A stretch of 55,624 nt of DNA, from the NCBI GenBank assembly GCA_046484045.1, contig JAWOBZ010000015.1:1-55624 (forward strand). The letters run 5' to 3'. The notes under the pieces were generated by a model, which saw only the letters and a list, made by a program, of their open reading frames with translations, had not been told where the DNA came from and did no database searches. The DNA is from Thermoplasmata archaeon. Lineage in GTDB: Archaea; Thermoplasmatota; Thermoplasmata; Halarchaeoplasmatales; Halarchaeoplasmataceae. Numbering within the stretch: the first letter of the stretch is position 1; the number at the start of each line of letters is the position of its first letter. Shown piece by piece: positions 37,054 to 47,164 of the stretch. A program made the translations under genes and the position numbers.

Positions 37054-38006
37054 ATGGAAGGAAACTTATGGAAATCAAGATCGACGGTGGAATCCGTATC
37101 ACCGATGGGGAAAAGAAAGTTATCTTAGATCCCTCCCGCCAGAGTGACGTAGGCATAGTAACCCACGGTCACATGGACCACTTAATCAAAGATGCCTACA
37201 TGACACGCCACACATTGGATATTTTAGGCGTCAGGATGGGGGAGAGGCGGGGCAAGGGGGTCGGATACGGTTTTCCATATCCCATAGGCGGCTTCGATGT
37301 GACATTCCACCCCGCGGGCCACGTTTTCGGTTCATCTATGATCATGGTCGAAGATATCCTTTACACGGGCGATTTCAATCCAGCGGGTGGTATGACATGC
37401 GGGAGAGCCGAAGCCCACGACTGCGGGACTCTGATAATCGAGACCACTTACGGGAAACCAGAGTATTCTCTGCCCTTTAAAGATGATGTGCTTGAAGACT
37501 TGATCTCGTGGACGAAGAGTCAAAGAGAAGAGGGACCGGTCGTCTTCGGTGCGTACGAGTTCGGTAAGGCCCAGGAGATAATCGCTATCCTCAACAGCAT
37601 AGGTGAGACCCCCCACGTTCCAGATAATATCGCGGATATATGCGACATCTACAACAAGCATGGAGTGAACTTGGAATTTAAAAGGGGAGATCCAGAGGAT
37701 GATTTTACTGCCGTTGTTACCCCGAGAGACCTTAAGGACCCAGTTTCACGATTGATCAGCAAAGCGAGAGCTATGGACGGCAGCAATGCATACCTATCCG
37801 GTTGGTGTGCTTTCTATCCTTTCTTCAGAACCATGGATATAGACGCACAGTTCCCCCTATCCGATCACGCAGGTTTCCAAGAACTTCTCGACTATGTAGA
37901 ACGGTGCGGTCCAGATAAAGTATACACCGTCCACGGTTCAGAAGTAGAGTTCGCCGAGGAAGTAAAAGAGAGGTTCGGTATAGACGCAGAACCCCTGCAT
38001 CACTAG
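37050..38006 (+). CDS. Metallo-beta-lactamase/beta-CASP nuclease
   Basis: THGHMDH, AGHVFGS, YTGDF, ETTYG, SDHA, VHG. Confidence 0.88.
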   Translation: MNGRKLMEIKIDGGIRITDGEKKVILDPSRQSDVGIVTHGHMDHLIKDAYMTRHTLDILGVRMGERRGKGVGYGFPYPIGGFDVTFHPAGHVFGSSMIMVEDILYTGDFNPAGGMTCGRAEAHDCGTLIIETTYGKPEYSLPFKDDVLEDLISWTKSQREEGPVVFGAYEFGKAQEIIAILNSIGETPHVPDNIADICDIYNKHGVNLEFKRGDPEDDFTAVVTPRDLKDPVSRLISKARAMDGSNAYLSGWCAFYPFFRTMDIDAQFPLSDHAGFQELLDYVERCGPDKVYTVHGSEVEFAEEVKERFGIDAEPLHH

Positions 38007-38071
38007 GTGCATGCGTGGAAAATAAATACATCTAGTCGATGTGGTAATAACAAATTAGGAGGAGAGATAAG

Positions 38072-38491
38072 ATGGAATACAAAGTTCAAAACGGTATGTT
38101 GGTAGGTAAATTAGAACATGAAGAAGACCTTTTTGATCAACTAAAAAAGATATACGAAGAAGTGGACTCCAAGGGCATATTGATATTATCCGGTATCGGG
38201 ATGCTGGATAACTTTGAATTAGGCTATTACCAGTTCGAAAAAGGAAGCTACGAATTCAAAAAATACGACAACCCTATGGAATTAGTGTCCATGAAGGGCA
38301 GCATCACCTCCGACGGCAGCATACACATCCACGCCGCATTGGCGGGAGATGATCATGTTCTTCGGGGGGGGCATCTCAAGGGAGGAAATGTATTCAACGT
38401 TTTAGAACTGGGCATGTTCGTTTACAAAGACGTCGAGATGGCTAGGGAGTACGATGAAAAAGTGGATGCAGACCTACTTTCGGTGAAGTGA
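38072..38491 (+). CDS. PPC/DUF296 domain protein
   Basis: SGIGML, ELVSMKGSI, HIHAAL, GGHL. Confidence 0.88.
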   Translation: MEYKVQNGMLVGKLEHEEDLFDQLKKIYEEVDSKGILILSGIGMLDNFELGYYQFEKGSYEFKKYDNPMELVSMKGSITSDGSIHIHAALAGDDHVLRGGHLKGGNVFNVLELGMFVYKDVEMAREYDEKVDADLLSVK

Positions 38492-38492
38492 T

Positions 38493-38903
38493 ATGTCATA
38501 CGAAGTCATAGACCATACGGCGGATGTGGGCATACACGCGAAAGGAAAAGATCTGGATGAGGCATTCCAAGAAACCGCCCTGGGTATGTTTAGCATAATC
38601 GCGGACTTGGATAAAGTGGATGCAGTGGGGGAGTTCGAGATCGAATTGGAAGCAGATGGATGGGATAACCTGTTGGTCGATTTCCTCTCCGAGCTCATAT
38701 TTCTATTCGAAGTGGAGGATGTAGTTTTCTCCGATTTCGAAGTCAGGTTGGAAGAGGATGAAAAGAAAAGATTATCCTGCAGAGCCATGGGTGAGAAGAT
38801 AGACCACGAAAAGCACGATTTCGATACGGAGATCAAGGCTGTGTCGTATCACGAGCTAAAAGTGAACACCGACGGGGATATCGAAGTGATATTCGATATC
38901 TAG
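38493..38903 (+). CDS. Archease
   Basis: YEVIDHTAD, EIKAVSYH, C-terminal FDI. Confidence 0.93.
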   Translation: MSYEVIDHTADVGIHAKGKDLDEAFQETALGMFSIIADLDKVDAVGEFEIELEADGWDNLLVDFLSELIFLFEVEDVVFSDFEVRLEEDEKKRLSCRAMGEKIDHEKHDFDTEIKAVSYHELKVNTDGDIEVIFDI

Positions 38904-38982
38904 ATGATTTTCCATTTTCAACTTTCACCCTCCCCCATCGAGAAAGCTTAATAAAGGACAAGCGAGTAATAGTGCTGATAAT

Positions 38983-39924
38983 ATGAGCCAAGAAAAAATA
39001 GAAGAGTTGCCAGGAGTAGGACCCGCAACTGCAGAAAAGCTCATAGAAGCAGGCTATAAAGATTATCTATCTATAGCAGTCGAATCACCGAGAGTTCTAG
39101 CGGACGTAGCAGAGCTCGGAGAAACGACGGCGGCTAAAATAATCAACGCTGCGAAAAGAGCGGCAGACATCGGCGGGTTCGAAACAGGCGACCAAGTGCT
39201 AGAGAAAAGAAAAGAGATCGGAAAATTGACGACCAGTGCGAAGGCCTTCGACGACCTAATGGGCGGAGGCATCGAAACCCGTTCTATCACCGAGTTCTTC
39301 GGTGAGTACGGTTCAGGTAAAACACAGTTCGTGCATCAGCTCGCGGTGAACACCACCATGCCTATAGAAGACGGAGGGCTGGACGGAGAAGTGGTGATCA
39401 TAGATACCGAGAACAGTTTTAGACCGGAGAGGATCATCCAGATCTCTGAAGCTATGGAGTTGGACCCCACGGAAGTGCTCTCCAAAATACACATCGCCAG
39501 GGCGTTCAATGCACACCACCAGATGCTGCTAGCGGAAAAAGCGCTGGAGATGGCCGAGGAGAACCCGATCAGGTTGTTGGTGGTTGATTCCTTGACATCT
39601 CATTTCAGAGCGGAGTACGTGGGACGTGGGGCACTAGCCGAAAGACAGCAGACGTTGAACAAACATCTACACAAGCTGTTAAAATTCGGTGACAGGTTCA
39701 ACGCAGCTATAGTCGTAACGAATCAAGTGGCAGCAAATCCAGATCAATTCTTCGGAGATCCAACAAGACCGATAGGAGGTCATATACTCGGTCACACTGC
39801 TACCTTCAGGATCTACCTGAGGAAGAGCAAGGGGAACAAGAGGATAACGAGACTGGTCGATTCACCGAATCTACCCGATGGAGAAGCTGTCGTCACGATA
39901 GAAGAAGGTGGAGTAAGAGGTTAG
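38983..39924 (+). CDS. radA: DNA recombinase RadA
   Basis: N-terminal HhH LPGVG; GEYGSGKTQ; [11 protein letters not shown]; PIGGHILGH; no intein. Confidence 0.97.
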   Translation: MSQEKIEELPGVGPATAEKLIEAGYKDYLSIAVESPRVLADVAELGETTAAKIINAAKRAADIGGFETGDQVLEKRKEIGKLTTSAKAFDDLMGGGIETRSITEFFGEYGSGKTQFVHQLAVNTTMPIEDGGLDGEVVIIDTENSFRPERIIQISEAMELDPTEVLSKIHIARAFNAHHQMLLAEKALEMAEENPIRLLVVDSLTSHFRAEYVGRGALAERQQTLNKHLHKLLKFGDRFNAAIVVTNQVAANPDQFFGDPTRPIGGHILGHTATFRIYLRKSKGNKRITRLVDSPNLPDGEAVVTIEEGGVRG

Positions 39925-39963
39925 ATCAAATGACAATTTAACAGAATAAAACAGAACGAAAAA

Positions 39964-39987
39964 CTTTTCACCCTCCTTTCTTTTTTT
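39964..39987 (+). terminator. C/T-rich oligo-T terminator after radA
   Basis: CTTTTCACCCTCCTTTCTTTTTTT about 40 bp after the stop. Confidence 0.5.
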
Positions 39988-40130
39988 AAGTATGACAAAT
40001 TTTGTAAGACAAAATATCTGTTTGGAAAGACAACATTTATTACTAATATTAGATACTATATAAAACTTAGGAGTATATATCAACACATATGGGATAAAAT
40101 ATATATTCCCCTCAAAAAATTTTTAGACTC

Positions 40131-40238
40131 AGGGGATCCCTCCTAATTTTCTAAGGGGGATTTAATCGGGCTAGTCGGTTAGAGTGCATCCCATCCCACC
40201 ATCCTTCCATTCTAGCCCACCCCTCTTTTTTTTCTTTT
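40131..40238 (+). ncRNA. Candidate ~100-nt structured small RNA
   Basis: Upstream BRE/TATA-like GATAAAATATATA (40093-40105). Stems AGGGG/CCCCT, ATCCCTC/GGGGGAT and GGGCTAG/CTAGCCC; T8 tract at the end; no ORF. Confidence 0.5.
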
Positions 40239-40302
40239 AAACCCGTGAAAATAACTTTAGATAAATTATCAGTAGAAAGAAAAAGCTCATTGCTGACAAT
40301 CT

Positions 40303-41316
40303 TCACAGATATTGTGTATAGATTATTATACCGATCAACACTGCAAGAAGGGATATCCAGATTATAACAGCTATCCTAGTGGACTTCTTCGCCTTATCCG
40401 CTTCCCACCACTCCCTGGGCTCTATTCCCTGTACTAAAAATGTCAATACTCCTGACAAATTGATACTGATAAGGTGTATCAGGAACAAAATGAGTGCACC
40501 CACTGCCATGCTTATATACCCTGCTCCGAACAACAAACCGGAAGTGACCAAAGTCGGTAAAAGTGCCAATGCCACCATCACGCCGATCAAGGCGGTGGAT
40601 ATCCCTCTAGTCATCGCTAAGGCACCGGCGCTCCCTGCGGCAAGAGCTAGAACGATGTCCCCGAAACTGAACGTAGATCTGGAAGTTATCCCCGCGGAAT
40701 ATATGTCGAAGGATACGAAGGCACCGATGGTGAAAGCCAAAAAGAAAGCTAAAAGGATGCCTACCACGTTGGCTTTTAATGCTCTGCGGAATAGGCTGGT
40801 ATCTGCCAAAGTAGTAGATAATGATAAGGCTACGTTCGGCCCCAAGAGCGGCGCGATCACCATGGCACCGATAATGATCGCCACGTCGTTCCTCATCACA
40901 CCGATAGCGGCGACGATAGCCGATAAAGCTATCAGTAAAATGTAAACTCTAGTAAGTTCACTCATATCCCTGACCTCTGCGTAGAGTTCCTCCCTGCTTA
41001 TGCCGTACTTGGTCTCCTTCTTTTTCTCTGCTCCATCATCTTCATCTTTCTCCTCATCCACCTCTTCCATCATGGGATAAGATGCCTTCACCGAAAGAAG
41101 CAGAAGACGGAACCCATCGATATGAGAAAATTTTTCCTGCAAAGTATCCAGTATACTTTGACTGTACTCCACCTGTACGATTATCTTCACCAAAACTTGT
41201 TTCTCAGAGACCCAATCGTACCAAAAATCAAGGACCTGGTCGTTGTCCTCTAGGAGCCTTTCAGCATCATCCTGCTTATCTCCCGAGATAAGCATTTCGA
41301 TCATACGCAGAGCCAT
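40303..41316 (-). CDS. TIGR00341/DUF389 membrane protein
   Basis: ISREELY, IIGAMVIAPLLGP, LIGVMVALALLP. Confidence 0.88.
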   Translation of the reverse strand: MALRMIEMLISGDKQDDAERLLEDNDQVLDFWYDWVSEKQVLVKIIVQVEYSQSILDTLQEKFSHIDGFRLLLLSVKASYPMMEEVDEEKDEDDGAEKKKETKYGISREELYAEVRDMSELTRVYILLIALSAIVAAIGVMRNDVAIIIGAMVIAPLLGPNVALSLSTTLADTSLFRRALKANVVGILLAFFLAFTIGAFVSFDIYSAGITSRSTFSFGDIVLALAAGSAGALAMTRGISTALIGVMVALALLPTLVTSGLLFGAGYISMAVGALILFLIHLISINLSGVLTFLVQGIEPREWWEADKAKKSTRIAVIIWISLLAVLIGIIIYTQYL

Positions 41317-41363
41317 GTTATTATCACGGGGTTAATATGTCCGGTGTAATAAAATATTACTGT

Positions 41364-44207
41364 TCATTCCCTTCTCCATCTTTTAAGGGCTTTGAGTATC
41401 TCGAAGGTCATGAGGAACACGCCGGCTCCGGCCAGCACCTGTAACCACCCCTGCAGTCCGATGCTGGCGAATTCAAGGAAATCGCTGATGAACGGACCGT
41501 AGATCCCCAGAAACACCATCCCGATGGAAAGGAGTATCGAGTAGAGTATGATCTTGTTGCTGAAGAAATTGCGGTTGAATATAGATGCGTATTCGTATCT
41601 TCTAGACATGATGTTCATGAACTGACAGTAGGCGATTGTGAGATAACTTATGGTGGTAGCCTTAGCGTAATCCAAACTCATCGACGAGTCCCATGACGAG
41701 GTAAGGGAAACACCGTTCCTCCCCATGTAGAACCAGAAATTACCCACCGCCAGTAAACCGATCAGCAGACCGAAGAAGATAACCTCCGCTGACGTGAAAA
41801 AGTCCAGTATATGCTCTTCCTGCTTTCTTGGGGGCGATCTCATCAATGCCTTTGAAGGTGGATCATAGGTTAGGAACGTAAGAGGCATTACCTCTGCAAG
41901 TAGGTCGATAGCTAGTATCTGGATCACCAATATCGGTATCGCCCACGGACTCCACCCAAGCAGTCCTATCGCTGCCAAGCCGGCAAGTACCGTCGTGAGT
42001 TCAGCACCGTTGGTCGTCATGGACGCTAGGACCGTCTTTTTTAGGTTATTGTATATCGTCCTTCCCTCTCTCACAGCGTGGACTAGGGTCGGGAAGCTGT
42101 CATCCAGAAGCACCAACTCCGACGCCTCTTTCGCAACGTCGGTGCCCTTCATCCCCATAGCTACACCGATATGAGCCCTTTTGAGAGCCGGGGCGTCGTT
42201 CACCCCGTCCCCCGTCACCGCGACTATCTCACCGTGCTTCTCCAATATATTCACTATCCTGAGTTTGTCTTCTGGATCCACCCGAGAGAATATGAGAGCT
42301 TCTCTCTTAGCCATCAAATTTGTGAGCTTCTTATCGCTCATATCCTTGAGCTCTCCTCCGGTTACAACCGGTGGAACTTTTCCATCCTTGGAAAGTCCGA
42401 TCTCCTCGCCTACAGCTTTAGCCGTGATAGCATGGTCCCCCGTCATGATGAATATACGGATCTTTGCCTTATGGCATCCCTCGACCGCCTCTTTCACCCC
42501 TTCTTTGGGTGGGTCTATCATCCCGACCAGTCCCAAGAATATCACGTCTTTTTCCACCTCATCCTGGGAGTAGTCCTTACCGCTCTTCTCAAGAGGTCTA
42601 TATGCCATGGATAAAACTCTCATGGCTTTCTTAGAGTATTTTTCATTGATACCCCTGATCCTTTTCTTATCTTCTTCTGTTATCGGCACCGCTTTTCCAT
42701 CTTTGTAGATGTGCTTACTTATGGATAGGATGCTGTCAGTGGCACCTTTCATAGCCAGCACGACCATACCTTCTGTGTCTCCCTCGAAAGCTTTTGTTAT
42801 CTCCTCGTGCTCGTATTCCCCCTTTATATCCCTCACCGAGCTCATCCTTTTCCTTTCAGAATCGAAGGGAAATTCGATCAACTCTACATTCTCCTTATCC
42901 TCCTTTGGAGATCTGGTCCCTATCTTTGTAGACATGGTGACCAGTGCGGCTTCTGTAGGATCTCCCACCGGATACCAGCTGTCGTGTGAATCGTCCGGGG
43001 CGTGGACTTCGGCGTTGGAAGCTAAGGTGGCCGCATCCATCATTATCTCGATCTCGTTTATCTGTTCCGGGGTAAGTTCATTCCCGCTCTCATCAACTAT
43101 GGTTCCTTCGGGTTTGTACCCTATACCGGTGAAACTGTATTCCTTTCCATTGAACCATGCCTTTTTGACCGTCATCTCGTTCTTCGTGAGGGTCCCGGTT
43201 TTATCCGTACAGATGACTGTAGTGGAGCCAAGGGTCTCCACAGAAGATAGGTTCTTCACCACCGCTTTACGATTGGCCAGCCGATTACTCCCCGTAGAAA
43301 GTGCTACCGTGACTTGGGCAGGCAGCGCCTGCGGAACGGATGAAACCGCTATACCTAGAGCGTAGATCAGACTTGTGTCAAGCCTCAAACCCTGATATTG
43401 AGCGATGCCGAATAGTGCTACGCTGAAGACGACCACTACAGAAGTCAGATTCCGCGCAAGCAAATCCAGTTCTTTCTGAAGAGGTGATTTGATATCGATG
43501 GTTTCCTGGGTCATGTCGGCGATCTTTCCCATCTCGGTTTTCATCCCTGTGGCGGTTACCAAGCCCGTTGCGTTCCCGGAGGCTACCGTCGTGCCGACAT
43601 AGGCCATGTTGTCCCTATCGGCCAGTAGAACCTTTTCTTTTATGGCATTGCTGTGCTTCCCTTGGGGCATGGACTCCCCTGTCAGAGAGAAATCGTTGGT
43701 CTTGAGGTTGAATGATTTGATGATGCGCATATCCGCTGGGATCTTGTCCCCTTCGTCAACTTTGATGATGTCACCCGGGACAAGTTCGTCCTGTCCGATC
43801 TCCTTCATCTTGCCGTCCTGCATGACCTTTGCAGGGGACTTGATTAAGGATTTCAACCTCTCGATTATCTGCTCTGCCTTGTATTTCTGGATAAAACCGA
43901 TCACAGCATTGATCAACACTATGATGAACATGGCTATGGCATTTTTAAAACTTCCAGGGTCGTTGTAATAAACCCCCAAGAATATCGAAATGATTCCAGC
44001 TACTATCAAAACCATCACTAATAACTCTTTGAATTGAGACAAGAACATGAGCCATTTCGGTGTTTTTACCGTTGCTTTCAACTCGTTCTTACCGTACTTT
44101 TTCAACCGTTTATTCGCCTCGTCCCTTGTCAACCCCTCATCGGTTGTATTCAGTTCGTCCAGAGCTTCTTCGACGGTCATCCTGTAGTAATCTTTCCCAG
44201 ATGTCAT
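41364..44207 (-). CDS. Type II-like cation-transporting P-type ATPase (paralog 1)
   Basis: TGES, DKTGTLT, KGA, TGD, GDGVNDAPAL; M4 motif is PQALP. Confidence 0.93.
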   Translation of the reverse strand: MTSGKDYYRMTVEEALDELNTTDEGLTRDEANKRLKKYGKNELKATVKTPKWLMFLSQFKELLVMVLIVAGIISIFLGVYYNDPGSFKNAIAMFIIVLINAVIGFIQKYKAEQIIERLKSLIKSPAKVMQDGKMKEIGQDELVPGDIIKVDEGDKIPADMRIIKSFNLKTNDFSLTGESMPQGKHSNAIKEKVLLADRDNMAYVGTTVASGNATGLVTATGMKTEMGKIADMTQETIDIKSPLQKELDLLARNLTSVVVVFSVALFGIAQYQGLRLDTSLIYALGIAVSSVPQALPAQVTVALSTGSNRLANRKAVVKNLSSVETLGSTTVICTDKTGTLTKNEMTVKKAWFNGKEYSFTGIGYKPEGTIVDESGNELTPEQINEIEIMMDAATLASNAEVHAPDDSHDSWYPVGDPTEAALVTMSTKIGTRSPKEDKENVELIEFPFDSERKRMSSVRDIKGEYEHEEITKAFEGDTEGMVVLAMKGATDSILSISKHIYKDGKAVPITEEDKKRIRGINEKYSKKAMRVLSMAYRPLEKSGKDYSQDEVEKDVIFLGLVGMIDPPKEGVKEAVEGCHKAKIRIFIMTGDHAITAKAVGEEIGLSKDGKVPPVVTGGELKDMSDKKLTNLMAKREALIFSRVDPEDKLRIVNILEKHGEIVAVTGDGVNDAPALKRAHIGVAMGMKGTDVAKEASELVLLDDSFPTLVHAVREGRTIYNNLKKTVLASMTTNGAELTTVLAGLAAIGLLGWSPWAIPILVIQILAIDLLAEVMPLTFLTYDPPSKALMRSPPRKQEEHILDFFTSAEVIFFGLLIGLLAVGNFWFYMGRNGVSLTSSWDSSMSLDYAKATTISYLTIAYCQFMNIMSRRYEYASIFNRNFFSNKIILYSILLSIGMVFLGIYGPFISDFLEFASIGLQGWLQVLAGAGVFLMTFEILKALKRWRRE

Positions 44208-44350
44208 TTCGAATCTAACCTTTAAGTTGTGTGATAGAAGTGTATTGGATGAGCGTATTTTATTCTTTTGTTACTCCTCGCTTTTGGCTCCTTTGAATGG
44301 ATTATAATAAAAACCTATTAAATTCACACGTCTTTTCCCACCAGTATTTA

Positions 44351-47107
44351 CTACCTTTCTTTTTTCCATCTGCGAAATACCTTGAGTATCTCGAAGATGA
44401 TAAGGTATACAAGGGAAGCCGCACCCACATACAGCCAGTCGATCAAGCCCATGGGACCGAAGAGAAGGAAATCTCTGATGTAAGGGGCATATATCGCCGT
44501 CAATACCAGACCGATAGAAGCGACGATCGATACCAGCAGTATCTTGTTAGTGAAGAAGTTGCGGTTGAATATCGAAGTGAACTCGTATCTTCGTTCCATA
44601 GTGTTCACGTATTGACAGAATACGATGGTAGCGTAGGCTATGGCAGTGGCTACGAGGTATGCTGCAGAAGTTTCGAGTTCTCCAGCGCCGATCCCCTCTC
44701 TAACCATGAATAGGTTGAAATTGGCGAAGGCTAAGATGCCGACCAAGACGCCTAGGCTCATGACTTCCGTGCCGGAGCGCTTATTCATCATACGCTCCTG
44801 GGGATCCCTTGGCGGTTTTTCCATCATCCCTTCAGTCGGAGGGTCATAAGTCAAAAAGGTGAGAGGCATGATCTGGCCCAATAGATCTATAGCAAGGATC
44901 TGGACCGCCAAAATTGGTATCGGAAGATCCCACATAGCTACGGCGAGAAGACCGAGGAGGACTAAAGTCAGTTCGCCGCTGTTCGTTGTCAGCGTTGAAT
45001 AGACGGTTTTTTTCAGATTGTTATATATGGTCCTACCCTCTTCTATTGCATCCACAAGAGTAGGGAAACTATCGTCCAAAAGGACGAGGCGTGAGGCTTC
45101 TTTCGCCACGTCGGTTCCCTTCCTGCCCATGGAAACGCCTATGTGGGCCTTTTGTAAAGCCGGAGCGTCGTTGACGCCGTCCCCAGTAACAGCGACTATC
45201 TCTCCCTGTTCCTCTAACGTTTCCACGATCTTTAATTTATCCTTTGGATCAACCCGAGAGAAGATAATGGAGTCTTCCGTCTTCACCAACTCACTTATCT
45301 CTTCATCACTCATATTATGAAATTCTCTACCTGTAACGACCTTCAATCCTTCTTCAGCAAGTCCGATCTCCCGACCTATCGCTTTGGCGGTTATGGAATG
45401 GTCACCCGTTAGGATGAATATGCGGACACCGGCTTTTTTCGCTTCCGCGACCGCTTCTTTCACCCCCTCTTTCGGCGGATCTATCATCGCAGTCAGGCCC
45501 AAAAAAGTGACGTCTTTCTCAACTTCTTCCATCTCGTACTCGTCTTTAGGTTCAAGCTCCTTTCTAGCGATAGCTAATACCCGCAGTCCATTTTCAGAAT
45601 ATTTATGGTTTATTTTTTCTATCTTTTTTTTGTCCTTTTCAGTGATAGGAACTTTCTCTCCATCCCTGTAAACATAGTTGCTTATTGCAAGAAGGCTGTC
45701 TGTAGAACCTTTGACGGTCAGAACCATGTCGTCGTCGACCTTTCTTACAGAGCTCATGCGCTTTCTTTCGGAATCAAAAGAAAATTCCTGTATCTCGGGG
45801 TTCTCCTTGTCCTCGGTGGGAGAGCGGGTTCCTAACTTGGTGGACATCGTGATGAGAGCTGCCTCAGTCGGATCACCTATAGGGTACCATGTGTCGTGTT
45901 CATCATCAGGTTTGTGTATCTCGGCGTTCGAGGCCTGGGTGGCGGTGTCCATCATTATCTCCACCTCGTCGATCCTCTCCTGGGAAAGGGGATCCCCGTT
46001 TGGACCCAAGATATCTCCTTCAGGTTTGTAACCTACTCCAGTTATCTTGTACACGGAATCGTCGAACCATATCGAACGAACGGTCATCTCGTTCTTTGTA
46101 AGCGTTCCTGTCTTATCCGTACATATGACTGTAGTGGAACCTAGAGTCTCTACTGACGGCATGTCTTTTACCACAGCCTTTTTTTCCGCTAATCTACTAC
46201 TTCCAGTAGAAAGCGCAACCGTTACCTGCGCTGGTAATGCCTGCGGTACGATAGCCATGGCCACACCTAAAGCGTAGATCAAACTTCTGGTTATGGGAAA
46301 ACCCTGGATAAGCCCTGCAATGAAAAGGGCTACCCCAATGATTATCACAACAGCAGTCAGCTTACGGGCCAGGTCTCGGAGTTCTTTCTGCAGTGGTGTT
46401 TTCATCTCACCGGTCTCTTGGGTCATGCTCGCTATCTTTCCGGTTTCACTTTCCATGCCGGTGGCTACCACGACCCCTGTAGCGTTGCCCGATGCTATAT
46501 TTGTACCAGAATATGCCATGTTTTTTCGGTCTGCAAGAGTAACCTCTTCATCTATTGGATCGACCTGTTTTTCCTGAGGGACCGACTCGCCAGTCAAGGA
46601 GAACTCGTTGACTTTGAGGTTAGACACTTTGATCAGTCTGATATCGGCCGGCAGCTTGTCACCTTCCTCGACCCTGACGATGTCGCCTGGTACCAATTCT
46701 TCAGGTGCTATCTCGATAAGTTCATCTCCCTGTATGACCTTTGCTGAAGATCTGAGCAGCTCTTTAAGGGCATCTACTATTTTACCCGCCTTATACTCCT
46801 GGGTAAACCCTATGATAGCGTTTACTAAAACGATGATAAATATTATACTTCCACCGCGATAATCCCCTATAAAATATGCCATCAACCCTCCTATGATCAG
46901 GATTATCACGAGAAGTTCTTTGAATTGCGATAAGAAAAGAAGCCACGTCGGCACCTCTATCTCTGCTTTAAGTTCATTCCTCCCATATTTTTCCAGCCGT
47001 CTGTTACCCTCTTCTCGGGTGAGTCCCTCTTCCGAAGTATTTAGGATTTCGAACACCTCGTCGACGGTCATCCTGTAGTAATCTTTCCCAGATGTCATTT
47101 TAGTCAT
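44351..47107 (-). CDS. Type II-like cation-transporting P-type ATPase (paralog 2)
   Basis: Same catalytic motifs; M4 PQALP; tandem paralog of 41364..44207. Confidence 0.93.
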   Translation of the reverse strand: MTKMTSGKDYYRMTVDEVFEILNTSEEGLTREEGNRRLEKYGRNELKAEIEVPTWLLFLSQFKELLVIILIIGGLMAYFIGDYRGGSIIFIIVLVNAIIGFTQEYKAGKIVDALKELLRSSAKVIQGDELIEIAPEELVPGDIVRVEEGDKLPADIRLIKVSNLKVNEFSLTGESVPQEKQVDPIDEEVTLADRKNMAYSGTNIASGNATGVVVATGMESETGKIASMTQETGEMKTPLQKELRDLARKLTAVVIIIGVALFIAGLIQGFPITRSLIYALGVAMAIVPQALPAQVTVALSTGSSRLAEKKAVVKDMPSVETLGSTTVICTDKTGTLTKNEMTVRSIWFDDSVYKITGVGYKPEGDILGPNGDPLSQERIDEVEIMMDTATQASNAEIHKPDDEHDTWYPIGDPTEAALITMSTKLGTRSPTEDKENPEIQEFSFDSERKRMSSVRKVDDDMVLTVKGSTDSLLAISNYVYRDGEKVPITEKDKKKIEKINHKYSENGLRVLAIARKELEPKDEYEMEEVEKDVTFLGLTAMIDPPKEGVKEAVAEAKKAGVRIFILTGDHSITAKAIGREIGLAEEGLKVVTGREFHNMSDEEISELVKTEDSIIFSRVDPKDKLKIVETLEEQGEIVAVTGDGVNDAPALQKAHIGVSMGRKGTDVAKEASRLVLLDDSFPTLVDAIEEGRTIYNNLKKTVYSTLTTNSGELTLVLLGLLAVAMWDLPIPILAVQILAIDLLGQIMPLTFLTYDPPTEGMMEKPPRDPQERMMNKRSGTEVMSLGVLVGILAFANFNLFMVREGIGAGELETSAAYLVATAIAYATIVFCQYVNTMERRYEFTSIFNRNFFTNKILLVSIVASIGLVLTAIYAPYIRDFLLFGPMGLIDWLYVGAASLVYLIIFEILKVFRRWKKER

Positions 47108-47164
47108 ACCTATAATTGTGTGGTAGCAGTGTAATATTTGAATGTATTTTATTCTTTTGTTAAC

